Source: a virus
Reading direction: 5' to 3' (one strand)
DNA length: 64,000 nt
IMG/VR virus record: IMGVR_UViG_3300025769_000068
The position numbers and the translations under genes are program-made. The notes below the pieces were generated by a model. The model was not told the origin of the DNA. It saw nothing but the letters and a program-made list of their open reading frames with translations, and ran no database searches. Shown here in pieces: positions 29,201 through 38,286 of the stretch (the stretch's first letter is position 1; every line of letters starts with the position of its first letter).

Positions 29201-30749
29201 GCCAGAAATGGTTACTTTTGTTAAATGTACTGTAGATGAAAAATTCTATATGCCCCCTACTAGCTCTAAACAAGATTTTGGTGTACATGGACAAAAAATT
29301 ATACAAGATTTTACTTTATCTCCACCAAAAAGAATTTATTCTACTAGTGGTTGTGATTATGTAGACGCAATGCAGTATTCTATGATGGTTGCAGTGCCTT
29401 CGCCATCGGTAGGAAGCGCGTGTAGTTTTAGACATTTTAATAGTGCAGTTTCTTTTAGTCAACATCAATTTGAGGCAGACACAGACCATGTGTATGCTTT
29501 AATAACCATACCCGGAAGAATAGAACCAACTCTAGATTCTAGATTACGAGATGGGCCACTTCAGTCATATGCTACAGCTAAAATAAAACATAACTTAGCA
29601 GCAGATGTTGTTAGAGGTGTTTGCGGTTTTGAACAACCTGCTTTACGTGGAACACCTACAGATCTTACTGGTGATTTTCTTTTACAACCTTTAGGCAGTG
29701 ACGCTGCCGCAGGTGTGAAAAAAGCAAAGCAGATGGCTAACTTTTCACTTCCAAATAAATTAGAATTTTGTCAGCCCTCTCCAGTTTATCCTGACATGGT
29801 AGCTTTGCCTTTACAGTCAAAGTCTAGATGCTATGGCCCGTGGGTTTCGTCCCAAGTGGGATCAACATCAAAAATTGGAGGTAAAATAGACTATATCAAA
29901 GATGAGAATCTTGCACCTTGGAATTATTCTGGATACGACCTTATGAATAAAGCTGGTTTAGTTCAAGCAGAATTTTCAAACAGTCTTTTACTAGCTTCAG
30001 AGCGTGGTAGCTTTAGTGTACCCAGAGCGCCTAGTGGTATTGCATTAGCTAGATCTTTACAGTCAAACGGACCACTAGTATCTAATATTAGTGTGAGGGT
30101 TTCTCCTCAAGGTGTCACAACAGATTATCAATTAGACTTGTACACAGCAAGTTTTGGTAAGCTTAAAAAACAGAAATCGGATAATATATCCAAGATAGGT
30201 AGAAATCAACAAAAACTAGAAGATGAAAGAAATGCTCTTATAAGAAAAGGATTTGGTAAAAATCAAACTGATGTAAATTTACAGTCAATATATAACGCTT
30301 TACAACAACAAATTATTAATGCTACTAATATACAGTATAGCCCTATGCAAAGAAGTCCCGGTCATAATCCTAATTATAATATAATGTCAGTTCTACCAAC
30401 AATACAAGAATTTACTACAGGTCTTGCTGGTGGTGGCTTTAGTAAGAGGGCGAATAATATAGCTGGATCTATTGCTAGTAAAGATGACATAGAAGAAGCA
30501 GGAGACATAATGGGGGATGATGATGAGCAGATGATGGATCAGTTTGGCAACACGGCGGTAAGTAAAACAACTGATGATCAAAGGCCCGTATCTTTAGAGC
30601 CGGGAAATGGTTACATGACTTCTGCTGAAGTGCCAAACGTTGATAATATAAGAGAAATAATGAATGATGTAGATGCATTTAATGACAGTTACAATATATC
30701 AGATAGTTCTTGGTCCGATACGAGAGGGAGTGACGATGGGCTTATTTAG
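26214..30749 (+). CDS. Putative tail hub or central tail tip protein
   Basis: 1511 aa. The N-terminus (FLGASIVDFNISAGFG...FAFGGILQ...YSVNVVDP) and C-terminus (PLVSNISVRVSPQGVTTDYQL) are of the hub/Tal type. Confidence 0.5.
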   Translation: MTHNPDNSYSKVGIPSSAKGGFVQQTFLGASIVDFNISAGFGEDTSTISANLIPDEFNSGDAMAIGQGDDVYHDGKKDKFRPPPVGAPVFFKFGHDLATVSQAFRKTYDDIYPTISASNNVNYTKSTHANNVGHSHFAFGGILQAVNETKEPNGNPRYSVNVVDPKEILGNVELILNNYAGTTFNNRNMFNLYGFLEYNIPENMQEKLNLGGAAVLDDRDPLVRTENLDGSMKWSGTDMIYGVPSVIIVGVNDGGKPTNDNIEETYGGSATLPMFPLTGTGFSRRSPQGIPYYRVAQSLSALFGWYGKIPDIYVDAGFGGYINFRGFNYVLDLSGLPNLNQFYFFDYDKITLLDLLLEVCEVTNHELIVSLLPIIEDHPACGIYKDINDVQIAKGEEGMDGIIAGIIRVDTIDRSKPPPNGVVKGFIDNLLESGVEVTNTSFGSELSNVNTDKFVVGANETEMYYFTANADRAAADTRVQWSLDYSYKQQILPYYGTLPGNSVHPETVTIPKGFGSYQQILLDSSKLNAVGVGNFYVATEIELRAAAVSFQRWCQFLLQYDSVYMESTEANDVEEGAALTAQIPENFAVGFNPRISNNYAVSVPRSVWPSDRDFYNDAGLPASPCNPPYGYPLYYKRATQIGLPSEGATSVSDAAGNARRREEIKAQMKKAAGEANQKAKEAEKNSSGVWGFLESASSVFLNTLTSALSIIPGFGVLSTISTAFNVSNYIGGPLSEVAQKVLSVLADNEEIPVVDNSNLKALNDTFAFGNRLGRKGLKNAKKVYEFVKGVSDECLGKKFLVKMPKQVNLFYDTDLTKSGSSIVAGPFGFPARTVNQEATYTNDFSSRISALAANEPSMRTYLVKDKRFTEPEDNFTGAMEVHYNPITGEYEFNYKPDTQGGFFEYDLLSNFSSNQPLHIQQGLAPSDTVIFDNGNNRISPYVRFDHSQNLSFKGVRASELTQQANNGSYMVPDLSYSMDNLTAGKLKNLPPANTSRPEMVTFVKCTVDEKFYMPPTSSKQDFGVHGQKIIQDFTLSPPKRIYSTSGCDYVDAMQYSMMVAVPSPSVGSACSFRHFNSAVSFSQHQFEADTDHVYALITIPGRIEPTLDSRLRDGPLQSYATAKIKHNLAADVVRGVCGFEQPALRGTPTDLTGDFLLQPLGSDAAAGVKKAKQMANFSLPNKLEFCQPSPVYPDMVALPLQSKSRCYGPWVSSQVGSTSKIGGKIDYIKDENLAPWNYSGYDLMNKAGLVQAEFSNSLLLASERGSFSVPRAPSGIALARSLQSNGPLVSNISVRVSPQGVTTDYQLDLYTASFGKLKKQKSDNISKIGRNQQKLEDERNALIRKGFGKNQTDVNLQSIYNALQQQIINATNIQYSPMQRSPGHNPNYNIMSVLPTIQEFTTGLAGGGFSKRANNIAGSIASKDDIEEAGDIMGDDDEQMMDQFGNTAVSKTTDDQRPVSLEPGNGYMTSAEVPNVDNIREIMNDVDAFNDSYNISDSSWSDTRGSDDGLI

Positions 30750-33700
30750 AGGAATGTTTTATAATAACGATCCACAAAACCATGTTTTTGTGACTAATCA
30801 TCCAGCTATGGCATATGCTGGACTTCGTAGTTTTAATTTAAATCTTATTAGACAATTTTCACAGGAAACAAGACTACAAAACGTTGTTGCTAATGCTTTT
30901 GGAAGAACTGGAAGAAGAATAGATAAAAGTCTTGTTCTTACGGGCCTAGACTCAGAATCAGTTTTCTTAGAAAGAATTATTGATCTTTTGGGTATGAGCG
31001 CAACAACTAGTACAGGTGGCGGGTTTGGCTGTAGCGCATACGATATAGAAGCTAGAAGTTATGACCCCGATGCATTTTTTGATGTTAACGAAATTATAGA
31101 GATGTTAAAATGGTACGAAGAAACGTGGCTACCTAGCAGTCAAGATAAAGATGATACCACAATTTTTGATTCAGACGGAAAAGAGCATTATAGAAAAATA
31201 AATTCAATTAAAAATTCTATAGAAAAATATGCTTTTGCTGAAAGAGAAGTTACAAGCGAGAGTCATATTACTGAACAAGGTTTTGAAAATATATATCTTA
31301 GATTATACTTTGCAGATAAAGCTGTTCTAAGTTCTTCTAGAATTGTAGTTCCTAAAGGACCGCCTAGATTTACAGATATACCCCGCAGACCCACTGGTAA
31401 AAAGTATTCTCATGGTAAGAGTGCAAAACAGCCAATTGGAGTTTCCGTAGACCAAGAGGCTAGTGAGCTAAACGATCCTGAAGATTCAGTTGTTGCAGAT
31501 ATGAGAATGAGCTACAACCCCGCTATAAACAAGTGGGAAGTTCAAAATCAAATGTTAGCTAGGCTGCTTACGGATGTAGATCCCGCTCCTATACAATCTA
31601 TTCCTTTAGATGCTGAAGATGTAGATTCAATTCCAGCAGAAGAATTTGCTGATATTGGTAGCGATAAATATCTAGGTCAATTCTCTACAGGGTTAGCAAT
31701 GCCACTATCAAGTGAGAACGGAAATCCACATACGTTTGGCCCCAATCTTATTAAATGTAACGATGGAACTGAGTGTGAAAAAATTAGAGTGTTTAATCGT
31801 GCAAATAAAACTTATACTAAAGGTCAATTAGTTATTTGTCATTTTATTGGTAATGAATGGATTATTCAAGACTTTGGAGCTGATTTAGAATCTGTACCTA
31901 GAGCAGTTGGCGTTGGCACTTGGCAGTTTGGAAAATATATTACTAGTACTAATACTCATTTTAGAGAAGCTGATCCAGCGAAGCAAAGTAATGGTGATTT
32001 TGCTAAACTGCAAATACGACCTGACGAGTGGACTACTATTCTAAGAGATAGGTTTTATAAGGGAAAAGCCACTCACAGCTCAAACAGGAAAGGACAACGC
32101 GCGGCTAATACTAATTATGAAGCAGAGCTTAATACGTGTATAATGCAAAGCACTATTTGGGATCAATACAATAATGGACAACAATTTAAAATAATTAATC
32201 CAACTGGGAAGGGTACTGATCCTATGTGGAACGAAGTTGCTCCAATGTATTGGGGGCCAGTTTTTGATGGTGGGTTTGCTAAGAATGTTACAGCTATGGG
32301 AAAAACAGGCATAGAGTTTCGACCCCAACGTAATGATGCGGTTGATAGTATAGACGACGACCTTATACACTTTAAAGGATATGGAACAACATTAGGATCA
32401 GATAGAGAAAGTATTCGATCTGCCCACCTTCCACCAGAAGTTGCTGTCAATGGACCTTGGGGGAAAGATAGCTCGCCAGTAGAATCATATCATAACATGG
32501 CACAAGATATAAATAAGAATAATTATGATTTTTTGGTTTATGGTTCGCATCAGTACTATACCTATTACGAAAATGAAGATGGCGATGAAAGCACTTTTGC
32601 TTTAAAACCAAATGATCCAAATGTGGTAACTTTTATAGCACTTGCTGGGGAATTTGCTGCTGCTGACGATCTAATTGCTCAAGATATTCTTATCAGAACT
32701 GGTTATATGAGTGACAGATCTTTTTACACTAAAGCTCGTGCATTTGGAGTGGGTAGTGTTGGAATGGGAAGAGCTTTATACAGAGGAGATCCAGAAGTTG
32801 GAATTTATAATGCTGAAGGTTGTAGCGATGGTTTGCAACCTACTAGTATTCTGGATCAAGCAAAATTAAACGATTTAAAGGAGGCTGATGGAGGAGGGGA
32901 AGATGACGGAATTGATATAGAACGTGTAAGGACAGTTCCTTATGATCATTATGTTGAATCAAAATTTGATAACTCAATAATTGGTCCTTGCGATCCTTAC
33001 CAAGTACCAGCTGATGGTGACAACCAAGGGGCAGAATGTCTAGGTATTATTACTGCTAGAACTAAAATTTTAAGGTCTGGTGGCGGTGCAGTTAATTTTG
33101 AAACTATAAATAACTTTGGTATGGTTGGAACTGTTACAGCCTTTAGGCAAGATTCTACTTTATCTATATTACCGATAGGTGGAGTAGGTGTTGCGCTTGG
33201 AAGTGCTGGTAGCTTTAGTGTTAACCCAAGAAGCAAAGTGTGGGGTAATCGTGAACAAGGGCCAGAAAATTTTGGTATAACTGCGCTACATGTACAAATA
33301 TTTGATTATTGGCCTCCAGAGCAAACTCTTTATATAGCTCCATATTTTACAGTATTGCATTTTAATGGAGGTAGATTTGGGTCAAGCGCGTTTAGGGAAA
33401 AGAAATGGTTCAGACAAAAACCATCTAGTGTAGAAATAAATTGGAAAGATCCCGTAGCTGGAACCCCAACTGAGCAGATGATTGCAGACGAGGGGCTACT
33501 GTCAGCAGAGGTTGATAGATTATCTTACGAAGGGGTAGACGTTAGAGTTCCAACAAAAGTTGGTTCTTTTATTTTGGGATCTTCAAGATTAACAGAAGGA
33601 GACACTGTTGATGCAGATACTAAATTAAGAGATAAAGCATATTGGGATGTAGATACAAGCGCAAGAGGTTTAATGCTATCCGATGGCGGTGCTGCCAGTA

Positions 33701-34332
33701 CGCATTTTGCAATTGGAGTTGGAAACCGAAGCGACGAAGAACCTGAGAATGCTCTCGAACGTTTGCCAGATAATTATAGTATAATAGATGCTGGTGAAGG
33801 ATTTGAGGTTGGTCAAAAGGTAACATCTGTATCAAAGGATGTCGTAATAGAGGTTACTTCAATAAGCAACAATGGAGCAATTAGTGCTTTTAAATTTCCC
33901 CACCAAACTATTGAAGAATTCAGTCAGGGTAAATTAGGATTTGGGGGTCCAAAAATGGGAGACTTTGAACCCTCAGATTTTCCCACAACACTATCGTTTA
34001 TTAGCGGTGCTACGGGTGGAAGAACAGCTAGAATTAAATTTTTCAAAGGTACTGTTTATCGTAAAGATGTATATCATAGAGGGCCAGATAGGTATACCCC
34101 GGCGTTTAAAGGGACCAGAATATCCGAATCTTGTGGAGATGGTAGTCAGTATGTTAGAGGAAAGATCAAAACCACCTCAATTACATTAGAGGATAATTCC
34201 AGTTACCACCCCTATCCCGGTGAATATGAAGCATTTTTCTACTTTCATAATGACATTACCCATACCTTTATGGGTGGAACCACGTTAAATTCTAATCCAT
34301 ATCTACAGTATATAAAGCTGACAATCAGTTAG
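30736..34332 (+). CDS. Large hypothetical tail-associated protein
   Basis: ATG at 30736 with a GAGGGAG SD; about 1200 aa; follows the hub-like gene. Confidence 0.55.
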   Translation: MGLFRGMFYNNDPQNHVFVTNHPAMAYAGLRSFNLNLIRQFSQETRLQNVVANAFGRTGRRIDKSLVLTGLDSESVFLERIIDLLGMSATTSTGGGFGCSAYDIEARSYDPDAFFDVNEIIEMLKWYEETWLPSSQDKDDTTIFDSDGKEHYRKINSIKNSIEKYAFAEREVTSESHITEQGFENIYLRLYFADKAVLSSSRIVVPKGPPRFTDIPRRPTGKKYSHGKSAKQPIGVSVDQEASELNDPEDSVVADMRMSYNPAINKWEVQNQMLARLLTDVDPAPIQSIPLDAEDVDSIPAEEFADIGSDKYLGQFSTGLAMPLSSENGNPHTFGPNLIKCNDGTECEKIRVFNRANKTYTKGQLVICHFIGNEWIIQDFGADLESVPRAVGVGTWQFGKYITSTNTHFREADPAKQSNGDFAKLQIRPDEWTTILRDRFYKGKATHSSNRKGQRAANTNYEAELNTCIMQSTIWDQYNNGQQFKIINPTGKGTDPMWNEVAPMYWGPVFDGGFAKNVTAMGKTGIEFRPQRNDAVDSIDDDLIHFKGYGTTLGSDRESIRSAHLPPEVAVNGPWGKDSSPVESYHNMAQDINKNNYDFLVYGSHQYYTYYENEDGDESTFALKPNDPNVVTFIALAGEFAAADDLIAQDILIRTGYMSDRSFYTKARAFGVGSVGMGRALYRGDPEVGIYNAEGCSDGLQPTSILDQAKLNDLKEADGGGEDDGIDIERVRTVPYDHYVESKFDNSIIGPCDPYQVPADGDNQGAECLGIITARTKILRSGGGAVNFETINNFGMVGTVTAFRQDSTLSILPIGGVGVALGSAGSFSVNPRSKVWGNREQGPENFGITALHVQIFDYWPPEQTLYIAPYFTVLHFNGGRFGSSAFREKKWFRQKPSSVEINWKDPVAGTPTEQMIADEGLLSAEVDRLSYEGVDVRVPTKVGSFILGSSRLTEGDTVDADTKLRDKAYWDVDTSARGLMLSDGGAASTHFAIGVGNRSDEEPENALERLPDNYSIIDAGEGFEVGQKVTSVSKDVVIEVTSISNNGAISAFKFPHQTIEEFSQGKLGFGGPKMGDFEPSDFPTTLSFISGATGGRTARIKFFKGTVYRKDVYHRGPDRYTPAFKGTRISESCGDGSQYVRGKIKTTSITLEDNSSYHPYPGEYEAFFYFHNDITHTFMGGTTLNSNPYLQYIKLTIS

Positions 34333-34337
34333 TTTTA

Positions 34338-34347
34338 GTGTATATTA
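34338..34347 (+). promoter_or_regulatory. Candidate late-promoter motif GTGTATATTA
   Basis: Intergenic, about 35 nt before the 34380 start. Same motif as at 3240. Confidence 0.45.
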
Positions 34348-34379
34348 TTACGTAAACCGCTTTTTACAGGAGTTTTTCA

Positions 34380-35072
34380 ATGCCAGATATTAAATTTTAT
34401 GCCAATATTTTAGGCGCAGATACTGAGACTTTAATTGACCATACCGCAAGTAGTGGTATTGGATTTTTTGGTAACGGCTTTGGAACTTCTGTGCCGATTG
34501 GAGAAGTTCAGACAACTACGTTTGTTACTAATAGTACGGGTACTACAGAGGCAGCGCAGTTAAATAATACGGCTTGGCTGACTTCTACCACTACGTCAGT
34601 AAATGGCACAAGTAGAAATCTTAATAATCTACCTAATTATCTTTGCCCTTTAAATATTAGATTTGAATCAGATACAACATATAAAGTACAAAATTGTAAA
34701 CTAAGAATTTTTGATAGATCAAATATAGAAAATCATGCAACTGGTGTTTCAACTTACGTTTACGAAGCTAGACATCCAGCTACAGATGCAACTCTTAATC
34801 AGTTGGCTTTTAGAGGAAGGGCTGCTAATACTTGGGTAGAATTTACGGATGGTGTTTCTATGGCAGATATGGTATTTACTAATTCTCCGGGGATGAGCGG
34901 TGTAAATACAAGTGCTGCCGACACAGATACTAATTTAGGATATGAATCTCAAGAGGCTGCTAGCCACTCTTCTACTCGCCATGATTGGTTTGTAGCACTT
35001 AGTTCTGAACCTGAAACGGTTGGAAGCAAAACTCAGTATGGACTTTACTTTACTGTAGAGTACCTATCATAA
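34380..35072 (+). CDS. Hypothetical structural protein
   Basis: 230 aa, Thr/Ser-rich, AGGAG SD, last gene of the + arm. Confidence 0.55.
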   Translation: MPDIKFYANILGADTETLIDHTASSGIGFFGNGFGTSVPIGEVQTTTFVTNSTGTTEAAQLNNTAWLTSTTTSVNGTSRNLNNLPNYLCPLNIRFESDTTYKVQNCKLRIFDRSNIENHATGVSTYVYEARHPATDATLNQLAFRGRAANTWVEFTDGVSMADMVFTNSPGMSGVNTSAADTDTNLGYESQEAASHSSTRHDWFVALSSEPETVGSKTQYGLYFTVEYLS

Positions 35073-35101
35073 AAAACGAGGGGCATTTCTGCCCCCCGTT
35101 T
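35071..35101 (-). terminator. Intrinsic terminator at the arm convergence, better formed on the - strand
   Basis: The - strand reads AAACGGGGGGCA-GAAA-TGCCCCTCGTTTTTT: GC stem with one G-U pair, GAAA tetraloop and a U6 tail. Confidence 0.85.
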
Positions 35102-35152
35102 AGAGATAACATGTTGAACCTAGAATTAACTAGGTTATGATGTGAATCTCTA
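35101..35152 (-). ncRNA. Structured dual-arm element, unit 1 (novel family)
   Basis: + strand: TAGAGA TAAC-ATGT-TGAA CCTAG AATTAA CTAGG TTAT-GATG-TGAA TCTCTA. Strand is inferred from context. Confidence 0.7.
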
Positions 35153-35482
35153 TTCCATAGCCTTGGTCTTTGGATTCCATTTGAGCCAACCATTATCTGG
35201 TAGCCATGTGTCACCATCCTTACGCTTAGGAAACAGACCGCCACCCTTTTTCATAGAGCCAAATGCTAGCTTGGCTCCACAATCTGCACATCGTAGTTCA
35301 AAGTATTCGTTTTCGTCTACAGTTCTAACAACAAACTTTAAATTCTCAGAACCACACTTTCCACACTTACTCTCTTCAAAGACCTCTTGAAATCTTGAGA
35401 TTTGAGTAAACAATTCTCTGTGCGTATCTGCTTCAAACTCTGCTGTAATTCTACTATTTGCTGTTGTATAATTTAGTTTCAT
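35150..35482 (-). CDS. Zinc-ribbon protein
   Basis: CGKC...CADC motif; 110 aa; last gene of the - arm. Confidence 0.65.
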   Translation of the reverse strand: MKLNYTTANSRITAEFEADTHRELFTQISRFQEVFEESKCGKCGSENLKFVVRTVDENEYFELRCADCGAKLAFGSMKKGGGLFPKRKDGDTWLPDNGWLKWNPKTKAME

Positions 35483-36241
35483 TTAATTTCTCCATTCTTG
35501 GTTATAACCTTTTAATTCGCTAGGAATTGTACTCTTATCCTTTTGATATCCATTAAGAACATCAATAATGTCGCTAGCTACCTTCTTTGAAATCTTACGA
35601 TTCTGATCTACTTTAAACATATCCTTAAATATTTTTCCTCCATCTACATTTAGTTGTTTACATTTTACGTCAATGAAATTGTACTGAGCATCACTCATTC
35701 TTCCAGAGTCGTCATAATCTCCACCGCTGCTACTGTTTTGCTTAGAAAGATCTCGTACAATCTTTGCTGTATCTTTCTTGGTTAGTTCTTCTGCTGCCAC
35801 ACCCTTAATCTTTAGAACTTTACGTAAAGCTCTAGCTTCTGCCCTTGTGCTAGCAATAGCTACAGCAAATGCACAAAACATGTCGTCCGTATTGCCCTCC
35901 CAAGAATCTGCAACTTCTGAACATTTTAATCCATTTGCAAATTCTATGGTAAATATAACAGTAGCTCTACCGTGATGGTCGTCACGATCAGTAGGCTTGA
36001 CCCATGTAGGACCACTAAAAGACATTGGCCCTAGAACAAGCTCAGAGACCCTCCTAAGCCCCGTTACGAGGGGATGACCATTCATTAGCTCATCTTCCTC
36101 AAATAGCGTCATAGCGTAATCATGCCATTCAGGTGATAGCATAGACGGCGCATCTGATGAAACTACATTTTTTACAGATGTATCTGTATTTAATGGTGTA
36201 CTCAATTCTTCTACTCCTTCAAAGATATTATCTTCAGTCAT
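35483..36241 (-). CDS. Putative Rad52/Sak-like ssDNA annealing protein
   Basis: AIASTRAEARALRK helix motif, and a C-terminal MSDAQYNFI...ISKKVASDIIDVL domain of the kind found on phage annealing proteins. Confidence 0.5.
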   Translation of the reverse strand: MTEDNIFEGVEELSTPLNTDTSVKNVVSSDAPSMLSPEWHDYAMTLFEEDELMNGHPLVTGLRRVSELVLGPMSFSGPTWVKPTDRDDHHGRATVIFTIEFANGLKCSEVADSWEGNTDDMFCAFAVAIASTRAEARALRKVLKIKGVAAEELTKKDTAKIVRDLSKQNSSSGGDYDDSGRMSDAQYNFIDVKCKQLNVDGGKIFKDMFKVDQNRKISKKVASDIIDVLNGYQKDKSTIPSELKGYNQEWRN

Positions 36242-36244
36242 TAT

Positions 36245-37009
36245 TTATACCTCGATTTCAATGTAACGTTTGGATTTCTTAGGGAATTTGGTAGCAATTC
36301 CTTGTAGCAAATCTATCAATTTATCTTTCAACTTTTCTTGCCCTGAGAGTGACAGAGAATCAGAAAGGTTCTTTACTCTAATTATAGCAAAGCCTTTGCC
36401 TAAAATCAACCCTGTTTTATTTTCATCTGCTTTTATTTGTTTTTGTAGTTTTCCCTCCCCCCAAATGGGTAGGAAGTGAGATGGTCCGTCAATCTCAATA
36501 ATAGTTTTAAGTTTAGGTAGATACATATCTATTTCTAGATTTTCATTTGGTATTAGGTTTTTCTTATGTATTTCTACTACAAATCCAGACTTAGTTAATT
36601 CATATTTTAAGTTTTTTTCTAGCTTGGAACCTTCTCTACCAGCCTTTTGTATAGCCTGAGTTGCGAGCGACGACATTCTTTTTTTGTCAGCCTCGCTCAT
36701 ATTTACCCATCGTTCTTTTGCTTGTTGTACATACTTTTGATATTCTTTCTCGCCCATACTGGCCCATCTTTTGACTAAGCTTTGACTAATTTTTAAGCGT
36801 TCAGACTTAGACCTTTTTGTTCCTTGGGTGGGTATTTTAGCAACGCCTTTTTTGAGTGCATTTTTTTGTGCATCACTTTTAGACTTTATCTGAACACCAT
36901 GTTTTATCAAGACTCTTCTAATCTTGTTTGGGTAAGTTTTATGCTCTTCAGCAATTTCATACGTGCTTTTACCAGCGTTGTAAGATTTAACTACTTGGTT
37001 TTCATTCAT
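36245..37009 (-). CDS. DUF559/Vsr-like endonuclease with N-terminal HTH and NUMOD-like region (homing endonuclease-like)
   Basis: C-terminal EIDMYLPKLKTIIEIDGPSH...D..K...GFAIIRV; N-terminal YNAGKSTYEIAE HTH. Confidence 0.7.
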   Translation of the reverse strand: MNENQVVKSYNAGKSTYEIAEEHKTYPNKIRRVLIKHGVQIKSKSDAQKNALKKGVAKIPTQGTKRSKSERLKISQSLVKRWASMGEKEYQKYVQQAKERWVNMSEADKKRMSSLATQAIQKAGREGSKLEKNLKYELTKSGFVVEIHKKNLIPNENLEIDMYLPKLKTIIEIDGPSHFLPIWGEGKLQKQIKADENKTGLILGKGFAIIRVKNLSDSLSLSGQEKLKDKLIDLLQGIATKFPKKSKRYIEIEV

Positions 37010-37455
37010 GATTTATTTCCTAAAATAGTATTTACTATTCCAACTAAATCTTTATTTGTATTAATTGGAGTTTTACTTGTTACTCTATAAAAATTCTTAT
37101 AGCTATCCTCGTCACTAGCAATTGTAGGTATGTTTTCTGTGCTTAATAATTCTAGCATTTTTAAAACATTATAGTTATACCAACCAAAGCAATAATACTG
37201 CTTATAATTGTTTATATATTTTATTGATTTTTCTAGTGAGGGCAAGCTAAATACTAGTAGGCTTCCTGTAAAATTCCATAAGTCAGTAGCGTTAAAAAAT
37301 CCAGCATTAACTGGTAAATTAACTGGCCCGATATCATCATAGAAAATACTAACGTCTTTTAATAAGTTTTCTGATTTAGCCCTATTAATTTCTTGAGAAA
37401 CAAGGGGCATCAATGGACTATCGAGCCGTTCTAAATAAATACCTAAATTTAACAT
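37006..37455 (-). CDS. Hypothetical protein (glycosyltransferase cluster)
   Basis: 149 aa, coupled to neighbours, alpha/beta pattern. Confidence 0.6.
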   Translation of the reverse strand: MLNLGIYLERLDSPLMPLVSQEINRAKSENLLKDVSIFYDDIGPVNLPVNAGFFNATDLWNFTGSLLVFSLPSLEKSIKYINNYKQYYCFGWYNYNVLKMLELLSTENIPTIASDEDSYKNFYRVTSKTPINTNKDLVGIVNTILGNKS

Positions 37456-38286
37456 CTACGCTCCTTTTATTTGTGACAAGATTGTTTTAGCCCTATTATT
37501 CCCCGTATGATTTTCTTTTACAATACTTACAATGTCTTTAAAATCGGTAATTTTGTTTTCGTCGTTATAGTTTACGTTAAATTCTTTCTTGAGCATTTTA
37601 TTTAATGTTTCTTGTATCTTGCTACCGTCTTCGTTGTCGTAGTATGTTGGCACACCGCTGCAAAGAGCGTTTAAAAACGTTTGATTTATTTTTTGTAAAT
37701 CCTTGAAAATAATTTCATTGTACTTTGGAAATAAAGATCTTAATGATATTGATGGTAAGAATATGTCTACGTTTTCTTGCTTTACTTTATTTCCAATTCC
37801 GATTACGTGAAAGCTACCTTCATAGCCTATATTTTCATGTATTTTATCTATAATTATAGCTTTTCCTACATTGTAGTTGAAATGTAAGTCTTCTATTTGG
37901 TTAACATCTGCTGCCTGATAAACTTTGACTACGTTTAAACGATCAATACTTCTTGGAAAGCTTTCTTCTGACGTAAAAAGAAAACCTACTTCCACATTGT
38001 TTTCTTTTAAGAATGATGCAAGTTCTTTTGTATTATCTAAATTTAAGTTATCTACATTAATTATTAACTTTAAATTAGATTGCTGTAAATACTCAATTAC
38101 ACCTTTATTTATTCTGTTCGCAGAAATTATTAGAATGTCTGGATTTACAGTGTCGCATACATCAAAAACGCTATTACTAGCTACGTCAAAAACATGAGAT
38201 TCGTGACCAAAGGTTTTAAAGCCTTCGTTTAAATATAGCGATTGACTGTTGTTGTGATCAGAGTAATTATCAATTAGTATTTTCAT
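37456..38286 (-). CDS. Degenerate GT-B-like protein
   Basis: MKILID...GHESHVF...NPDILII resembles a GT-B N-terminal domain; C-terminal ENHTGNNRAKTIL resembles the end of CgeB-type glycosyltransferases. Confidence 0.4.
   Translation of the reverse strand: MKILIDNYSDHNNSQSLYLNEGFKTFGHESHVFDVASNSVFDVCDTVNPDILIISANRINKGVIEYLQQSNLKLIINVDNLNLDNTKELASFLKENNVEVGFLFTSEESFPRSIDRLNVVKVYQAADVNQIEDLHFNYNVGKAIIIDKIHENIGYEGSFHVIGIGNKVKQENVDIFLPSISLRSLFPKYNEIIFKDLQKINQTFLNALCSGVPTYYDNEDGSKIQETLNKMLKKEFNVNYNDENKITDFKDIVSIVKENHTGNNRAKTILSQIKGA

Noticed and set aside
35101-35152. Stop-codon readthrough (SECIS-like) role for the elements
   Set aside because: Reading through the overlapped stops meets another stop within 5, 7 and 16 codons and does not join a downstream gene.
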